From positions 8,930,001 to 8,994,000 of the forward strand of contig NC_087252.1 of assembly GCF_037042905.1 (NCBI RefSeq): 64,000 bases of DNA. The letters run 5' to 3'. Shown here one piece after another: positions 13,276 through 26,805 of this stretch. This DNA is from Lytechinus pictus. Lineage: Eukaryota. Made by a program: the position numbers and the translations under genes. The number at the start of each line of letters is the position of its first letter. The first letter of the stretch is position 1. Under the pieces are notes generated by a model. That model was not told where the DNA came from. It ran no database searches and saw nothing but the letters and a program-made list of their open reading frames with translations.

Positions 13276-14128
13276 CTGTTGAATATGAAAACACATGAAG
13301 TGTATCAGCCATATTAATAAATAACGTTCTATTCAAATTAGACATTAATTGATAGACTGTTGAATCCATTAATAGAAAATGATCAATCAACTCATGGATG
13401 TTATAGAAGATTCGAAAAGTGAGCTTTTTTATTCAAGTATTTTAGTATCTAAACTTTGACCAAACTTACACCGAGCTAAGTTATTAATCGTACTGGTAAT
13501 TAATTATGCTATTGGATGTGGGCAATTATCAATGCAATCAGTCGTAGAATCCCGGTCCTATACGACCACTGATAAACTTTATGTTATCAAGGTATGACCA
13601 TGTAAGCCCTGGATTCGGAACTCAAATACCTTTAAACTTGAGGTATAAACCTGTTGGTTTACTATGGGTAGTCGGGTATGACATCGTAAATGTCTAATCC
13701 ATCAACACATTTGACCCTTGTACATGATGTACTTGGAATGATGACTATAAGAATTTGTATCGCATTGAACTGTTAGAGCAGCGAAAAAGGTCCAAAGGTC
13801 ATCAGAAATATATTATTAGCGATTTTACATATCTGTCTTTTCATAGATCCAAACCAGACTTAAAGAAATGGTTTGGTTTAAACGATAGCTGAGAATGTGG
13901 CAGTTGTATCTTTAAGCTAACACCTGTTCACTTAAAGTGCCTTTACTAAAGAAATGACGACCTTCAAGACACTCTTTTCCAGCTAGGGTAAAACGGCAGA
14001 AGATTAGTTATATCCTATCTGTCATTGGGCAATTATCCATGCCAATGCGTATAGTCCGAAAATAATGCTCTTCGCTAAGACAATAGCTGAGAAGGAAGGA
14101 AGGAGGGTGGTCAGTCGATGACACATGA

Positions 14129-14696
14129 TAGTGTGTTTTCGAAACAACCACCCAGACGCTTTCTAGAACACAGATAATCTTTTGTCAAAGGTCTTCAAAA
14201 GCAAAAGAGCCTTTGACAAAAATCGGTAGATCAGAACAGCAGTGGCGTCCCGGGCCCCGTTTTACAAAGAATTGCAATTGATCCCATCAACCACAACTAT
14301 GGAAGGCCAGCAACGTCAATATCTAAAGTGCATGTTTAATCAACATATTTTCTTGATATGACGTATATTCACATGGTCATCGCTTTCTTGGTAATTCAGA
14401 ATGCTTCTCTTTGTTTCAAAAGACATTGTGCAATTTCCTAAAGAAAAAATTGTGACAGTGATTGGTTTTCATATACTAGAGGTTGATCGGATCAATCGTA
14501 ACTCTTTGTAAGACGGGGCCCTGGACTCTGGGCAAACGACATATTTGTTTCGTCCAGTCCGCGAATCTTCGGACGATTCTGCTGTCCCGGTCCACCAACA
14601 AAAACCTCAGAAATGTCCATTTTCATTTGACTTGCATTTTCAAAGGACTTTGTGTGTCGTAGAAAGCGGCTGTGGAGTGATTGCGAAAATACGCTA
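14129..14696. mobile_element. TAG...CTA (Academ-like) old repeat, copy 2, interrupted by a Harbinger-like MITE at 14253-14520
   Basis: TIR TAGTGTGTTTTCG...ACGCTTTCTA / TAGAAAGCG...GCGAAAATACGCTA. Inner MITE reads CCG|GGCCCCGT...ACGGGGCC|CTG. Confidence 0.68.
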
Positions 14697-15001
14697 ATAT
14701 CAACCTTCGACACAATGAACGTCGTGGGTAATATTCTGAACCCTGATTTAACTTAATTAAATAATGACTAAACCTATGGGCAGCTACAGTGTGAGGGTGC
14801 CAAAAATATGTTTACACTGTATATTACCCGCGTTAATGAACTCTTTTTACACGTTTTTTATTGAAGAAAGTGTTTTACATATATATATTTATAATTCCAA
14901 TGTTTTTTGTTTATAATACAAGCGTTAAAGGGTCAACAAAGACTTTAGTGTTTTTTTCGTATGGCAGACATGGTAGAGGGCAGAATGGGTTCACTACTAG
15001 T

Positions 15002-15281
15002 CTGGGCGGATCCAGGATTTCCAAAAAGGGGGCATAAAAAGGTTTCCATCTAAAATTGAACGTCATTTCGTCTACGTAAACTTTGAAAAGTCAAAAAAGA
15101 AAAAAGAAAAAAAATATCCTCAATTGTGTATGAACGACATATTCCCATTAAAAAATATATAGCGTTACTCTAAAAAAAAATGGGGGCACACTTGTGTAAG
15201 AACGGCATATTTACATATTAAACATCTTTATTATGGCTCTCTAAATGAAAAAAGAACCCCCCCTCCCTAGATCCGTCACTG
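15002..15281. mobile_element. hAT-like MITE
   Basis: CTGGGCGGATCCAG...CTAGATCCGTCACTG with 8-bp TSD CTACTAGT/ATACTAGT. Confidence 0.7.
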
Positions 15282-15513
15282 ATACTAGTGTAGATAATAT
15301 TACGATTAGTACAACACAGTCACATGTACATTCACCTATAATATATATGTATAATGTATACATATAGGCGTATATTGTCCCATTTACATAATTCATGACG
15401 CATAAAGAAGTTACTTTATTTTTACTTTATGGTTCGTGGTATTCAGGATTGGGCAGTATCCACTTCCCTTTTATACCAAAAGTACGACCACATTAGAATG
15501 ATTCAGAACATAT

Positions 15514-15887
15514 TAAAAACCTCCATAATTATGTCGTCTTGGATAACCAGTTGTGCTTTTTAATCCTATGAATAGTTGTTTGGAAACCACTTCATATAAT
15601 CATAGCTTGTATATTTTGCTTTGTCTACTTTATTTACCAAATCACCTATCTTTGTTTAGATAACACTGATATTAAGTCATCACATTGCCACGTTCCTTTT
15701 TTTTGGGGGGGGGGGGGGCGGGGGAGGATAAGTGGGTAGGTTTTTTTTATTATTATTATGGTTGTTATTTTTTGTGTAACTAAATTGTGTTTATGTGATT
15801 TGCAATCACCTATTAATCATTTGTAAATTTTGTGATTTATTTCAATTTGTATAATAAAAACAGAATTATAAAAAAAAAAATAAAAAA
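15514..15887 (+). mobile_element. Retroposed insertion (LINE 3'UTR or processed RNA fragment)
   Basis: AATAAA plus poly-A tail, and a 17-bp TSD AATGATTCAGAACATAT at 15497-15513 and 15888-15904. Confidence 0.8.
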
Positions 15888-18569
15888 AATGATTCAGAAC
15901 ATATATATAATAATTCAATTATATCTTACTAGAGTATTCTCTACGAACCACCCTCAGAAGGAACTATTTTACCAGACACCATTCTGCACTGTTCTGGCCT
16001 GGTAGCAATACGAAAGAAAGGTATGTTTCACAGTTGCTATGGCGACCAGCTATTAATAACCGTACTGGTCAATTCAATCAGGAAGGAATGGGGAGGGGCC
16101 AGTTAGGATAGATGGGATAATGAGTGCAAGAAGGTCGTATGTAACATTTTTAACATGGTGTTATCTGTATGTATTACTCCATGATTTTAAGATACTGGAA
16201 GAATTTCAATATATAGATATACAAATAATTCCACTGAAATCTCATATATCAAAAAAAATATATTTACTATACTTAGACACGTGAGAAAAAATTATTAGGA
16301 ACTTGCTTATCAGACGAAATCCATTTAGGGGGATCAAGAGGAGCTGGAACAGCAAATATTATATGATTCATTAGATAATTTATATTGGGTGAGCGGCATA
16401 TTACTTGTTCAATGAAGGAAAATATTTAAGGAGAAACATAATTATGTCTAAATTCCAGCTCTGGCAATCATATTACCTTTCATCTTTACGATTCAAGCTC
16501 CAAACAATAATGATTTAAAAAATCGGTTCTTCACAGGTAAGTTTCGTTATAAATGTTTTAGTTTTCGCATATCCTTTTTCCTAAGCAACGTAAAATCTAT
16601 CCAAAGTTAGCCAACATGATATCAATATGTTTGAAAAAAGTGGGAAGGGTTAATTTTTGCAAATCAAAGCATGTACAGATCAGGGATATTTTGTTTTATT
16701 TCACACCTGTTGAAATTAACACAAATTCCATACGTTCATAAATTTATTTTTGTCTGAACGTAATTGATTTTCATTAGATTAAGTATTCAGAGGCTGCGTT
16801 CAACAAAATCATGAATTTGCTGTGGACAGATACAATTTCCCTTCGTTTGATTATCTGGTTAGAAGTTCGATGAGGGGTGGGTGTAGAGACGAAATCATGG
16901 AACGCTTATGCAATACAGACTGTTTCACTTAATTTTTTTCTATACTGGTTACCGTCGTTGTGTAAATTGTGACATAGGCGCGTTCCACTTTTCAAACACC
17001 CAGTGTTTTTTGTTCATGACCAAGAAAAAAAAAACAGAGAAAAGGAAAGAAAAAAGGAAAACAATACGATATTATTTTCTGATTATCATGTCAAAATCTA
17101 TCACCAAATTAGATTTGTGTAATAAAAGACGTCGACAGTTATTGCTCACTCGTTTCGCTCACTCACACTTTTTTTTGTTTCTTATGAATTTTGCCCGATA
17201 CTCCATATCTGGAACCCTCAATTTTTTCTTCAACTCATTACGCCACTGCTAATCCCCCTGTACTCGCTTTATCCATGCCCTGAAGCTTTGATGACGATTC
17301 AATGATGTCAATGGCATGAATACAGCATAGCGACTATTATATGCCTTTTTAATTAATCATTTCATTGAAAAGTTTTCCTTTCGTATTATTTCGTAACAAA
17401 CCTTAGGAACACCAAAGGGTGGTTCATTTTTGGAGTCGAAAAGCTTTCTAACATGAATCTTTGGACTGATGAACCATTGAAATATCAAAACCTCTTTATA
17501 ATAACGAATCTTGGGAATATAAGTGCTGAAATAGCTTTGACATGTTTGGTGCCTCTCAGTATTGAGGAAAGGAGGGTTAAGGGTGCCCAACAAAGGAAGT
17601 GAAAATTAGTCGGCACTTAACGGAATCTTAGTGGATATCAAAATAATCTATCCGTGGAAGACATTCGTAACATAATCTATCATCTATTTAATAGAATTAC
17701 TGCTTCTTTCCCAAAGCTTGGGGTATTCTATTTACGTTCTGGTGCATTAGCCATTAAAAGCGATGCAAGAAAATCTCGCCAAATTAGCAAATTTAAGCAG
17801 TAGGCCTAAATCGAGGCATGTTATAGGGGTGTGTTTTTCGTTAAAATATTGGTCGGAATTTAGAATATTATCATTATAGTTATTCGTTAATATTCATTCA
17901 TTTATCTCATCTATTTGGGGAAATGCAAAAATGCATACGTAATACAAAATTCGGAATGTTACTTTTACATATTTTCAATGTCGTTTATTGTTTATTGTGA
18001 TTTATTCGCTTATTTTATTTATTCATTCAATTGTTTATTGGGTTAATTTGGGTGATATAGAAATGGTCTAGGTCATGTTGTATGCTGTGTTTTCTTTGAT
18101 TTTGTTATTAACATAATAAGCAGATTTTTTTTACAGAAAACAGAGCAAAATAAGATTGGAAAGTGATACTCATGAAAAAAATCAATTATGTGGATATTAT
18201 CATATGCTGTGGATCCAGCAATCATTGAGAAGACACCCCGGCATACCAGTAGCAAACACATTTAAAATCACATATGGCTGAACATGCTTCAATGGTATTA
18301 AGAACATGCGTATTCATTATCTCAGACATTAAAACATGACAGGTATGACGTCATCAGCAGGTGTCTGCGATTATCCCTAAATAATCTCAAACCAGACAAT
18401 CCCATGATTTAATCATGAACATAACTGCCACCAATTATCATATTCCAGTATGTATGCTATTTATAATTAGATCCATTTGTGATTTGACATGAACGCACCA
18501 TGTCTCTGTGGCTGTGTTGCATTCCTTGTATGCTACAGTACATTATGAATGAATATAATGACAATTGAA

Positions 18570-18986
18570 AAGATTTTTGGAGTTAAAGATGACAAATTTA
18601 TCACTTATATTTTCCTGATCTTCAAATATTATATTTACTTATGTAAATTCAAAAATAACATTCCTTCATTTCAGGGTTTTAAAGTTTATTTGAAAACTTG
18701 TAAGGAAACAGAATATCGCATTGCCAAAAAGAAAGGTACTCTTGCACTTCACTTTAGGAAGTGGAAATATGTCTTCTGATGTACAGTGTACGTGTATAAG
18801 AAACTGCTTGTATATTAGATGTACTTGTTTTCTAGCTGAGCTCCTTTATTCCATGTAATACTGCTTTGTTCTGATTCATTATGATTATGTTATTGTTTTG
18901 TTCTGTTTTTTATTGTTTGACTTCGATTATATTTTGATATTTATGTAATCATTTTATCGATCAATAAAAACTTAATGAAAAAAAAT
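18570..18986 (+). mobile_element. 5'-truncated L1/Tx1-clade LINE
   Basis: ORF2 end (KYYIYLCK...ETEYRIAKKKG...HFRKW), AATAAA and A tail, and a 17-bp TSD ATATAATGACAATTGAA at 18553-18569 and 18987-19003. Confidence 0.88.
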
Positions 18987-19451
18987 ATATAATGACAATT
19001 GAATGTTATAAATTTTGTGTAGCATAGGACATGTATGCAATATTGTAGATTAATAGCATGTGCCGCAAATGAATTGAACTTGCAGAGGAGAAAAGGAGAA
19101 GAAAGGAAAGTGGGATGTGATTTGTCAGAACACAGTGACCCACAGTGTGTTCACAGTGTGAAAAACAATGCGAAATCCCCGTCACACTTTTACATTTGAG
19201 CACTTTAACAGTGCGAACCACATATTCACACATTCGACCATGTAAACAGGCTGTGAACAGTCCCAATGTCAAGGTGTGCATATTTGAAATTGAGTATGTT
19301 AACAATGTGAATGATAACTTCACATAGTTCACTATGTGAACACATTGTGATAAAATAAAAGGCATTATTCGCCAGTGAAAGAGTAAAATAGACTTAGGAA
19401 TCAAGGATTAATCGACGAGTAAATGTAATAAATGTAATAAATGAAATAATA

Positions 19452-19694
19452 CACTGCAAAAACTCCGGTGTTGATTTAACACCAGCCAGGAATATATATC
19501 TTTCCATACCAGAGAAGTGTTAAACAACACCAGTTTGGTTTTGGTCTAACACCAGATAAGTGTTTATACAACACCAATTAGTAATAAAACAGCATCGGTT
19601 TGATTCCAAACTGGTGTTATTTCAATACTTCTCTGGTGTGGACAGATATAAGATTCCGGTCTGGTGTTAAATCAACACCGGAATTTTTGCAGTG
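19452..19694. mobile_element. CACT-terminus MITE (EnSpm/CMC-like, TA TSD)
   Basis: TA|CACTGCAAAAACTCCGGTGTTGATTTAACACCAG...CTGGTGTTAAATCAACACCGGAATTTTTGCAGTG|TA. Confidence 0.85.
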
Positions 19695-20899
19695 TAAGAA
19701 AATCTAAAAGGTTAGAAATTGGAAAGAAAATAACATATTGTTACAGATGTGAGGAGAGGTAGATAGCAAGAATAGAATGAGTAGATCGAAAATGACAAAA
19801 CAAAAAAAAAGCAGATAAAAAATGATGTACGGTTCATGTACATATATGCATGATAGGTCAATACAAATAAAGCTCAAAATTAAATAAAAACTCCGTACAA
19901 AAAATTACACATAAAATCAAATCTTTATATATACAATCATATTTACAAAGATATATAAATCACATATATAAAACCTATCAATTCATTTTAAATCACAGTA
20001 GAAGGATGTCATAAACAATTTAAGATAATACATTTGCAAAAGACAATGAGCATAGTATGGCTCTCAAAAATGAAGGCAAAAAGAGAGAGGGGGGGTGGAA
20101 GAAAGCAAGAGAGATGGAGTGAGAGGGGATGAGTGATATCAAACATGTTTAAAGGGAGGGGGATGTCCCTTATAGACATTCCAGGAAATTCGTCACCCCT
20201 CTGTGTACCTCTGTTCGTTTCTGTTTTGTACATGTGTCATACTTCACCCCCTAACGACCTGCTACAACATGCTACTGCATAGGATATGATGGGATTCCTG
20301 TTTTCTTCCCCTGTCTGCATTGTTCTATTGTATTCTCAATTTACTGCTTTCTAAATCTCGAGAATGTTTCTCAATAAATATCTATCTTAATCTCTTTTGG
20401 GCACATTAACCGAAGTTTGGCATCATCAACACTTTCACTTTCTTGGATCTCATTATTTTTCTTTTATTTTCATTTATTTCAATTTAAACATGTGATATAA
20501 TATTATGTGATTTTGGTATAATTATCATTCATTTTTTCTTCCATGTATTCATGAATGTATCAATTTCCATTGAAATACTGGTTATTTTCAACTTCTTATT
20601 CTTTATAGTCATCTGTATTGCTATTGTTATCATTTTCTGCAAAGGGGCTGGTTAAAATAATTATGGACCTAATGGTTATTATTATCGATTTTATCAAGGT
20701 CATTTTTGCATTTTTACACAGATTTGATTTTCGACCAATCTGGCTATTCGGTTCCCCCCAAAAGTGCATCCGATGCTGTTAATCTCATTCCTCTCCCATC
20801 ATGTTTTATAATAATAACCTGAATTTACTTTTGGTTATACAAAGCTTGATCGTTCTTTTTAAATAATGTTATTTATATAATTAATACCTTGTAATAACC

Positions 20900-21890
20900 G
20901 CCCATATCTTAGAACCATCTATTTTTTGCTATGTACTTTTTTATGAACGTTTATATATTATGTATTGGGTGTCCAACTCATCAAGTTTTTGCTTTTAGGG
21001 GCACCCTAATCATTTAACCCTAAGAAGACTGGGGGGCTGATTCAGCCCCCCCCCCCTCGACTTTTTTCGCGATAAATCCGCCGCTCGAAATTTTTTGACC
21101 GCGTCGCTCGCTGACTTCTTATTTTCAGGTCTCGCGCAACTATTGAGACCAAAATTTGACCCCCGAGTACGCGGTTCCGAAATTACGCAACATTTCGTAA
21201 GTGCATGCAGACCCAAAATTAATCAAAAACATGAATTTGTTTACAAATCCAATGCAAATAGTGTTCTTAGCCCAAATTCATAAATGTATCATTATTTTTC
21301 CTCTTACTGCTTAAAATCAATTAATTATATCTTGTTTATGGTAAAAAAATAAGTCCCCGACAATTTCCATTGAAAAAACAATAAAAACCAAAAAGTCGAA
21401 AAACATAGAAATACATAAGAAATCTAGAAAACAGTAGAATGCATAAGAAAATAAATGTTTATTTGAAATTTTTGAAAAATGCATTTCATCAGATGCCTAT
21501 CTAGAATATGTGAAACAAACATTAGCATTTTAGGGGCATTATTTTATTAATTAGGCCTAACTTATGATGTTACGCATAAATTAGCATAATTAATGAGCAA
21601 TGATATTTTTAACAGTAGTTGATATTATAGATTTGTAGATAATGCCATGGGTAACGCGCATGCCAATTTTCATCGCGATCGCGCGATCGACGGCCGAGAT
21701 CATAAGGGGGGGGGGGGGCTGAATCTGCCCCCCCCCCCCAGTCTTCTTAGGCGTCGAAATAGCCCAGTCTATTTAGGGTTAAACAAAAAAAAAATATTTT
21801 ATAATTGTACATTCTTGTATGATTTGTATATACATTGGTTTGCATATTGATTTTAAATGATTGAATAAAATGAATTGAATTTAATTGAAT
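20900..21890 (+). mobile_element. LINE 3'UTR remnant (Crack/L2-like) interrupted by a piggyBac-like MITE
   Basis: Stem-loop GGGTGTCC...CAAGTTTTTGCTTTTAGGGGCACCC resembles the one in the 4.3 kb LINE. (TTGAA)-type tail at ~21860-21890. Left boundary uncertain. Confidence 0.45.
21018..21778. mobile_element. piggyBac-like MITE
   Basis: TTAA|CCCTAAGAAGACTGGG...CCCAGTCTATTTAGGG|TTAA. Confidence 0.88.
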
Positions 21891-21995
21891 GTATTTCCTT
21901 TAATTCATTTCATAATCTTCCGAATAAACAGTTTTTGTCTGCTAAAGTAAAACATTCAGTACTTCAATGATTTGATAACTTCTGTTATAATAATT

Positions 21996-23137
21996 GAAGA
22001 GTTTGGTTGCAAAAGGGGTTTAGGTCCACTTTGGACCATTCCGAGAAAAAACATGTTTTTTATTTTCACTTATTGCCATATTTTTATGAGAAACTAACTT
22101 GTCATGATGTACTACTCTATCATATAAACGTAAAATTGGGTATAAAAGAAATCTACCTGTCTTATTTTTTTTTTTTATTAAAAAAAAATCATTGTGGACC
22201 TAACCCCTTTTGCAAGCAAACCGAAAAAAAATCCAATATATTTTGATTAAAAAAGTGATTTTTCTTTCCCACTTTTATTCATGCTTTCATTGAATTTCAA
22301 ACTTTCTTTGATATCATCAGAGCAATTAAAAATGTAAAGGTTTTGAGACAGAAAACAATAAAATTTATGAAAAATGGACCTAACCCGTTTTGACAAATTG
22401 GCTCTTATTTATTTATTTATTTATAAGTCTTTTTTTAGTAGGGTGGCTCCATCAGTAATTGGTATACTGTTGTCCTTGGAGGCCCTACAACAAAAATACA
22501 AACATATAACAAACATGGGTAAAATAGTGTACAATGTAAGTTGAAACGAACAAACTGTAAAGAAAAGAACAACACATAAGGGCCAGTTTATAAATTAAGA
22601 TTATTATAACGCCAAAATAAAAGACTAAATGAGGATTCGGATTGGGCATTTCTTAAAAAATTTGGTAAATTGTTCCAAATGAATGCACCAGCAAATGAAA
22701 AACTTTGTTTGCCCATTTCTGTTCGAATTTTGGGTAAAATCAAACCTGTGCTTTGTGCACTACTCTTCAGAAGAGATTGGTTGCAAAAGGGGTTAGGCCC
22801 ACTCCAAGAAAATCATTTTTTTATTCTCCCATATTGCAATATTCTTATGCGAAACCAAATTTTCATGATACCCTACCATGAGAACATAAAATTATAAAAG
22901 AAATCTACCTGTCTTCATATTTTTAAAATATTCTTTTCCAAAAATAATTATGTGTGGACCTAACCCCTTTTGAAACAAAGGTGATTTATCTTTGCCATTT
23001 TAGTTCAATTTTTAGTGGGAACTTCAACTTTTCTTTGATATCATCTCATAGAGCTACTAAAAATCTATACATTGAGACAAAAAAATAAAAAAATGAGATG
23101 AAAAATAGACCTAACCCCTTTTGCAAGTGAGCTCTTC
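21996..23137. mobile_element. Dimeric Sola1-like non-autonomous element, copy 1 (contains a LINE insertion)
   Basis: Termini GAAGAG...CTCTTC, AATT TSD and repeated AAAAGGGGTTAGGTCC motifs. Confidence 0.8.
22407..22762 (-). mobile_element. CR1/L2-group LINE 3' fragment inserted into a Sola-like element
   Basis: Minus strand reads LILPKIRTEMGKQSFSFAGAFIWNNLP, followed by an (AAAT)n tail. CTCTT is duplicated at both junctions. Confidence 0.8.
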
Positions 23138-25259
23138 AATTGTGCATTTTCATGAATTCCGTTAGTAAGGTTAATAATTTTTTTTTTTTAGTGCATTTAT
23201 TCTTTGTTCGATGTTAAGTAGTCTGTTTTGGTTGTTACTTTTAAGTTTCATCTACGATTATGGCCTATTTATTGCAACCATGTTAAGTTTGGTCCTTGGA
23301 TATTTTATATCATGTATCAATGTGTCAAACGGAATAAATGAATAAAAATAAAATAGACTTTAGTCGGAGTAACCATTGTGCGAAATTCGAAACCTGGTCG
23401 AATCTTTTCGCATTTTCAAATAAAGGACCATATTGATTATCCATTTTGAACACAATTTGTTATCAAACAAAAGCTTGTAATATATAATTATATACGTGAT
23501 ATTTCAAAGTGAAATCGGTCTACCATGAAAAATACGTTTTCATACAAGTTTCATGATGTTGAGATCTTGAGAAAAATATATTTTTTACTGACTTTGATGT
23601 ACAATATTGAGAATAGTTAAATTATTGTTTAAACTATGTTAATGACATTATTTCGGGCTAACCTTGATTAAAAGCTTGCTATTATGTTAGCTCCAATTAT
23701 CAAATGTTTTGTTTATATGTGATGTACTATTCCATGTAATTGTACTCGACAGTGATATTTGGTAATACAAAAATCAATTCAATATTGTTATGCCTAGTCT
23801 TCCCACAAATACCAATTCCAATATATACAATAACAAACACTATACTAAATAAGCAGAATTCTTGTTCTTTTTTTTACAGATAGCCTCTTCTGCTGATATT
23901 ACTAGATGCACAGAATACGAGATTTTAAGTAAGACAAGTAAGTTTGAATGGTTAAAAGAATAGTGCACAGTTATCATAACATCTATCCAGCCATAATATT
24001 GCTATGTGCCATAACCTGGATACCGTAATACCGGGAAACGCAGGCAGAGGAAATGAACGATTTACCGCCGAGCCAACTAAGGCTGATTAAATCATAACCC
24101 AGTCGATCTAGAAATCAATCTCGAATCAAACTTCTCATAATGGTTTGTCACTGTGGCTAAATATAGCGATGGGATTTAAAATACAGATCGTGTAATTTAT
24201 ACGAAAAGCAAGGTGACATACTTCCCAACATATTCGATGCCGAATCGTTCCACATCTTCCGTTTAATTAACCCCCTATATTTAGGTCCTGTCTATGTATT
24301 TCCACTTTGCTTCTTATTTTTGATATATCTGAGAGTGGATAACTTTCCTGTTCCGTTTTGAAGAATTGACACATTTTCCTCTTTTCATCTCTGCATGTTA
24401 ACTACATCAACATAAAGGTTGAACAAATCTAGGTCTAGATGTTAGATATACATGGTCGTACGCTGATCATTTTTCATGGAGGACAAGACGCGTAAGATTT
24501 TCGAAGAAATGCAAAAGCGAGGGAGCAAAGCGACCAGGCGGGTTATGGGGGCGCTTTTGTATTTTCTTACGTGAATTTAAAGGAATTTAGTAAATAAATG
24601 ACAATTTCACTAAAGAATTGTAGGTGTTCAAAGAAAGAGAAACAAACCAGATAAACAAATTATATTAAGTGAAATATTTCATCATCTGACTCCACAATAA
24701 TTATAATACACGGTAGAATTTGTACACCTTAAATATGTTAATTTTCTGGTGGGGTGCACTAACATGCTAATATACATAAGGATTATACACAGTAAAAAAA
24801 AAAATTAAAAAATTATATATATATAATATATATATGTTTAGATTTTATATGACGCTCTCTACTCTATGAACCTAACATTAGTAAGGTTTATAACAGTTGA
24901 ATCAACCGTGCTTAATTTTTGGAGAATTACATGTATATTACAACTTAAGCTTTGTTTTTAAGACTTGTTAAACATTTTAAATAACTATTGTAAGATTCAT
25001 ATAGTAAATAGCGTTATAAAAAAAAACATTTTAAATATAAAATTTCAAGCTACAGACCCGGCTATGACTTGCTATTTAGTCTACTTCATTGCACAGGTCA
25101 TGAAAAGTGCAATCCTGATCAAATAAACATTTTAAAAATCCAAATTTGATGAACATGCATCATACGGCATGTACAGGGTTGGATAGGGGCTAAACTGAAT
25201 GGCCCGTATTCTGATAGCAGGCTTAACTTAAACTCAGGTTTAAAGTTGTGGTTTAAGTA

Positions 25260-25681
25260 CACTCTAAAAACGGTTCCATGACATTTGCTCCGGCGACAAT
25301 TGCTCCGATGGAAAATCTACACATTAAGCAAAACATAAAACCTAACCTCCAAAACTAAATAAACCCTAATCGTAATATTTACATTATTCTGAACCAAAAA
25401 CTCTATCACAATCCTAACTCTAATCCTATGCCTTCTGAGATATTAAGACCGGAGCAATTGTCGCAGGAGCAGATGTCGTGTCACCCTAAAAACACTGAGT
25501 AAAATTCTACCCAATATTGAGTAAAAAGGAAACATGCATGTTTGCTGGGTATTTTTTCACCCCATATTGGGCTATTTCAACACAACATTGCGTAAAATTT
25601 ACCAGATATTGGGTATCTTTTTACCCAACCAGCATGCATGTTCCCAATTAACCCAATATTGTGTAAACCTTTTTTAGAGTG
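25260..25681. mobile_element. CACT-terminus MITE, middle element of the nest
   Basis: TA|CACTCTAAAAA...TTTTTAGAGTG|TA. Confidence 0.85.
25272..25485. mobile_element. MITE with 8-bp TSD, innermost element of the nest (GG...CC termini, superfamily uncertain)
   Basis: CTAAAAAC|GGTTCCATGACATTTGCTCC...GGAGCAGATGTCGTGTCACC|CTAAAAAC. Confidence 0.85.
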
Positions 25682-26151
25682 TATGGATAGCCAATTGTTA
25701 CATAAATCACTAACAGTATAGATATCATACTTCAGCTCATTTGGCTCTCAAATCATTCATAATTGTCTATAGGAAGTATCAATAGATTATTGTCTTCACC
25801 ATCGATAGATCAGGAAAGACCACAGTAAATATAAGAAACATACAATTTAATAAAAATTTTGATACTCTTGGCTTTCCATACTTAAACCACAACTTTAAAC
25901 ATGAGTTTAAGTTAAACCTGCTATCAGAATACGGGCCAATGGCTTAAGCTGCATCCTTCAGGAAAAAAACGAGACTGGCTTGTTCTTGACCTTGTGAGAT
26001 AGTTCTTCCGACTCAGGTTAATGTACTATGCTGTTCAATGGCCATGGCCTTAATTCATAGCGCCTATGGCTTATTTAAACTCTCAAGGGAATCTCATCTC
26101 ATTTACTTTGACCTTGTCTTCCCAAACCGCCCCATTCTTGTATTCAATCAG

Positions 26152-26288
26152 GGTCCTGTTTCATAAAGACAAGTTATATAATAACAAAATGCACAATTTC
26201 TATAACAAGTTTACTGCCAGCCAATCAAATCGAAGGATTTCAGTAGCTTTAGACTATCATTGCAAATTAAGTTTTATGAAACAACTCC
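26152..26288. mobile_element. Harbinger-like MITE (CWG target); relatives at 27040-27183, ~30414-30545 and ~34610-34748
   Basis: CAG|GGTCCTGTTTCATAAA...TTTATGAAACAACTCC|CTG, with the shared core CAGCCAATCAAAT. Confidence 0.7.
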
Positions 26289-26542
26289 CTGGTTATAATA
26301 CGCCTGTGATCAAGCGTAGAAAGTGGGGGGGGGGTATTGTATGGGCTTATTTTTGTCCGTTACCATGGCAATCAAGGATTCGCTTTACAAACAAAGCGGC
26401 AGGATCACCTCGAAGAGGGGTGGATATTTGACTGTCACTATGAATAAAACATACCACAGACTACGGATAGCATGCCTTTTGCTATACCTAATAGCTGAGA
26501 TCGATCTATCATGTCTATAGTTCGTTTCGTTTGCATGTGTGA

Positions 26543-26805
26543 CAGCATACGGACATTCTCGCAATCGCTACGCAGACGCTTCCTATATAACAGCAGAGAA
26601 TCTTTTGTCAAAAGCCCCTAAATGACAAAATAGTCTTTGTCGAAATCGGTGAATCAAAACAGCATTCTCGTCTTGGACATATTTGCAAATTTTGTCCTGC
26701 CCGAATCTCCGGACGATATGCTGTCCATTGTGGTAAAGACTTGCATTTGCAAAGGAATTGGTGAGTTGTAGAAAGCGTCTGCATAGTTGTTGCGAAAATA
26801 CGCTA
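26543..26805. mobile_element. TAG...CTA (Academ-like) old repeat, copy 3 (uninterrupted)
   Basis: GCAGACGCTT / AAGCGTCTGC inverted arms, ending GCGAAAATACGCTA. Confidence 0.65.

Larger units (their letters stand above)
25201..25937. mobile_element. Harbinger-like MITE, outer element of a triple nest
   Basis: AAT|GGCCCGTATTCTGATAGCAGG...CCTGCTATCAGAATACGGGCC|AAT, with a ~60 bp TIR. Confidence 0.85.

Noticed and set aside
25330..25430. Telomere-like CCTAA repeats
   Set aside because: Degenerate and internal to a TSD-flanked MITE, so not an interstitial telomere.
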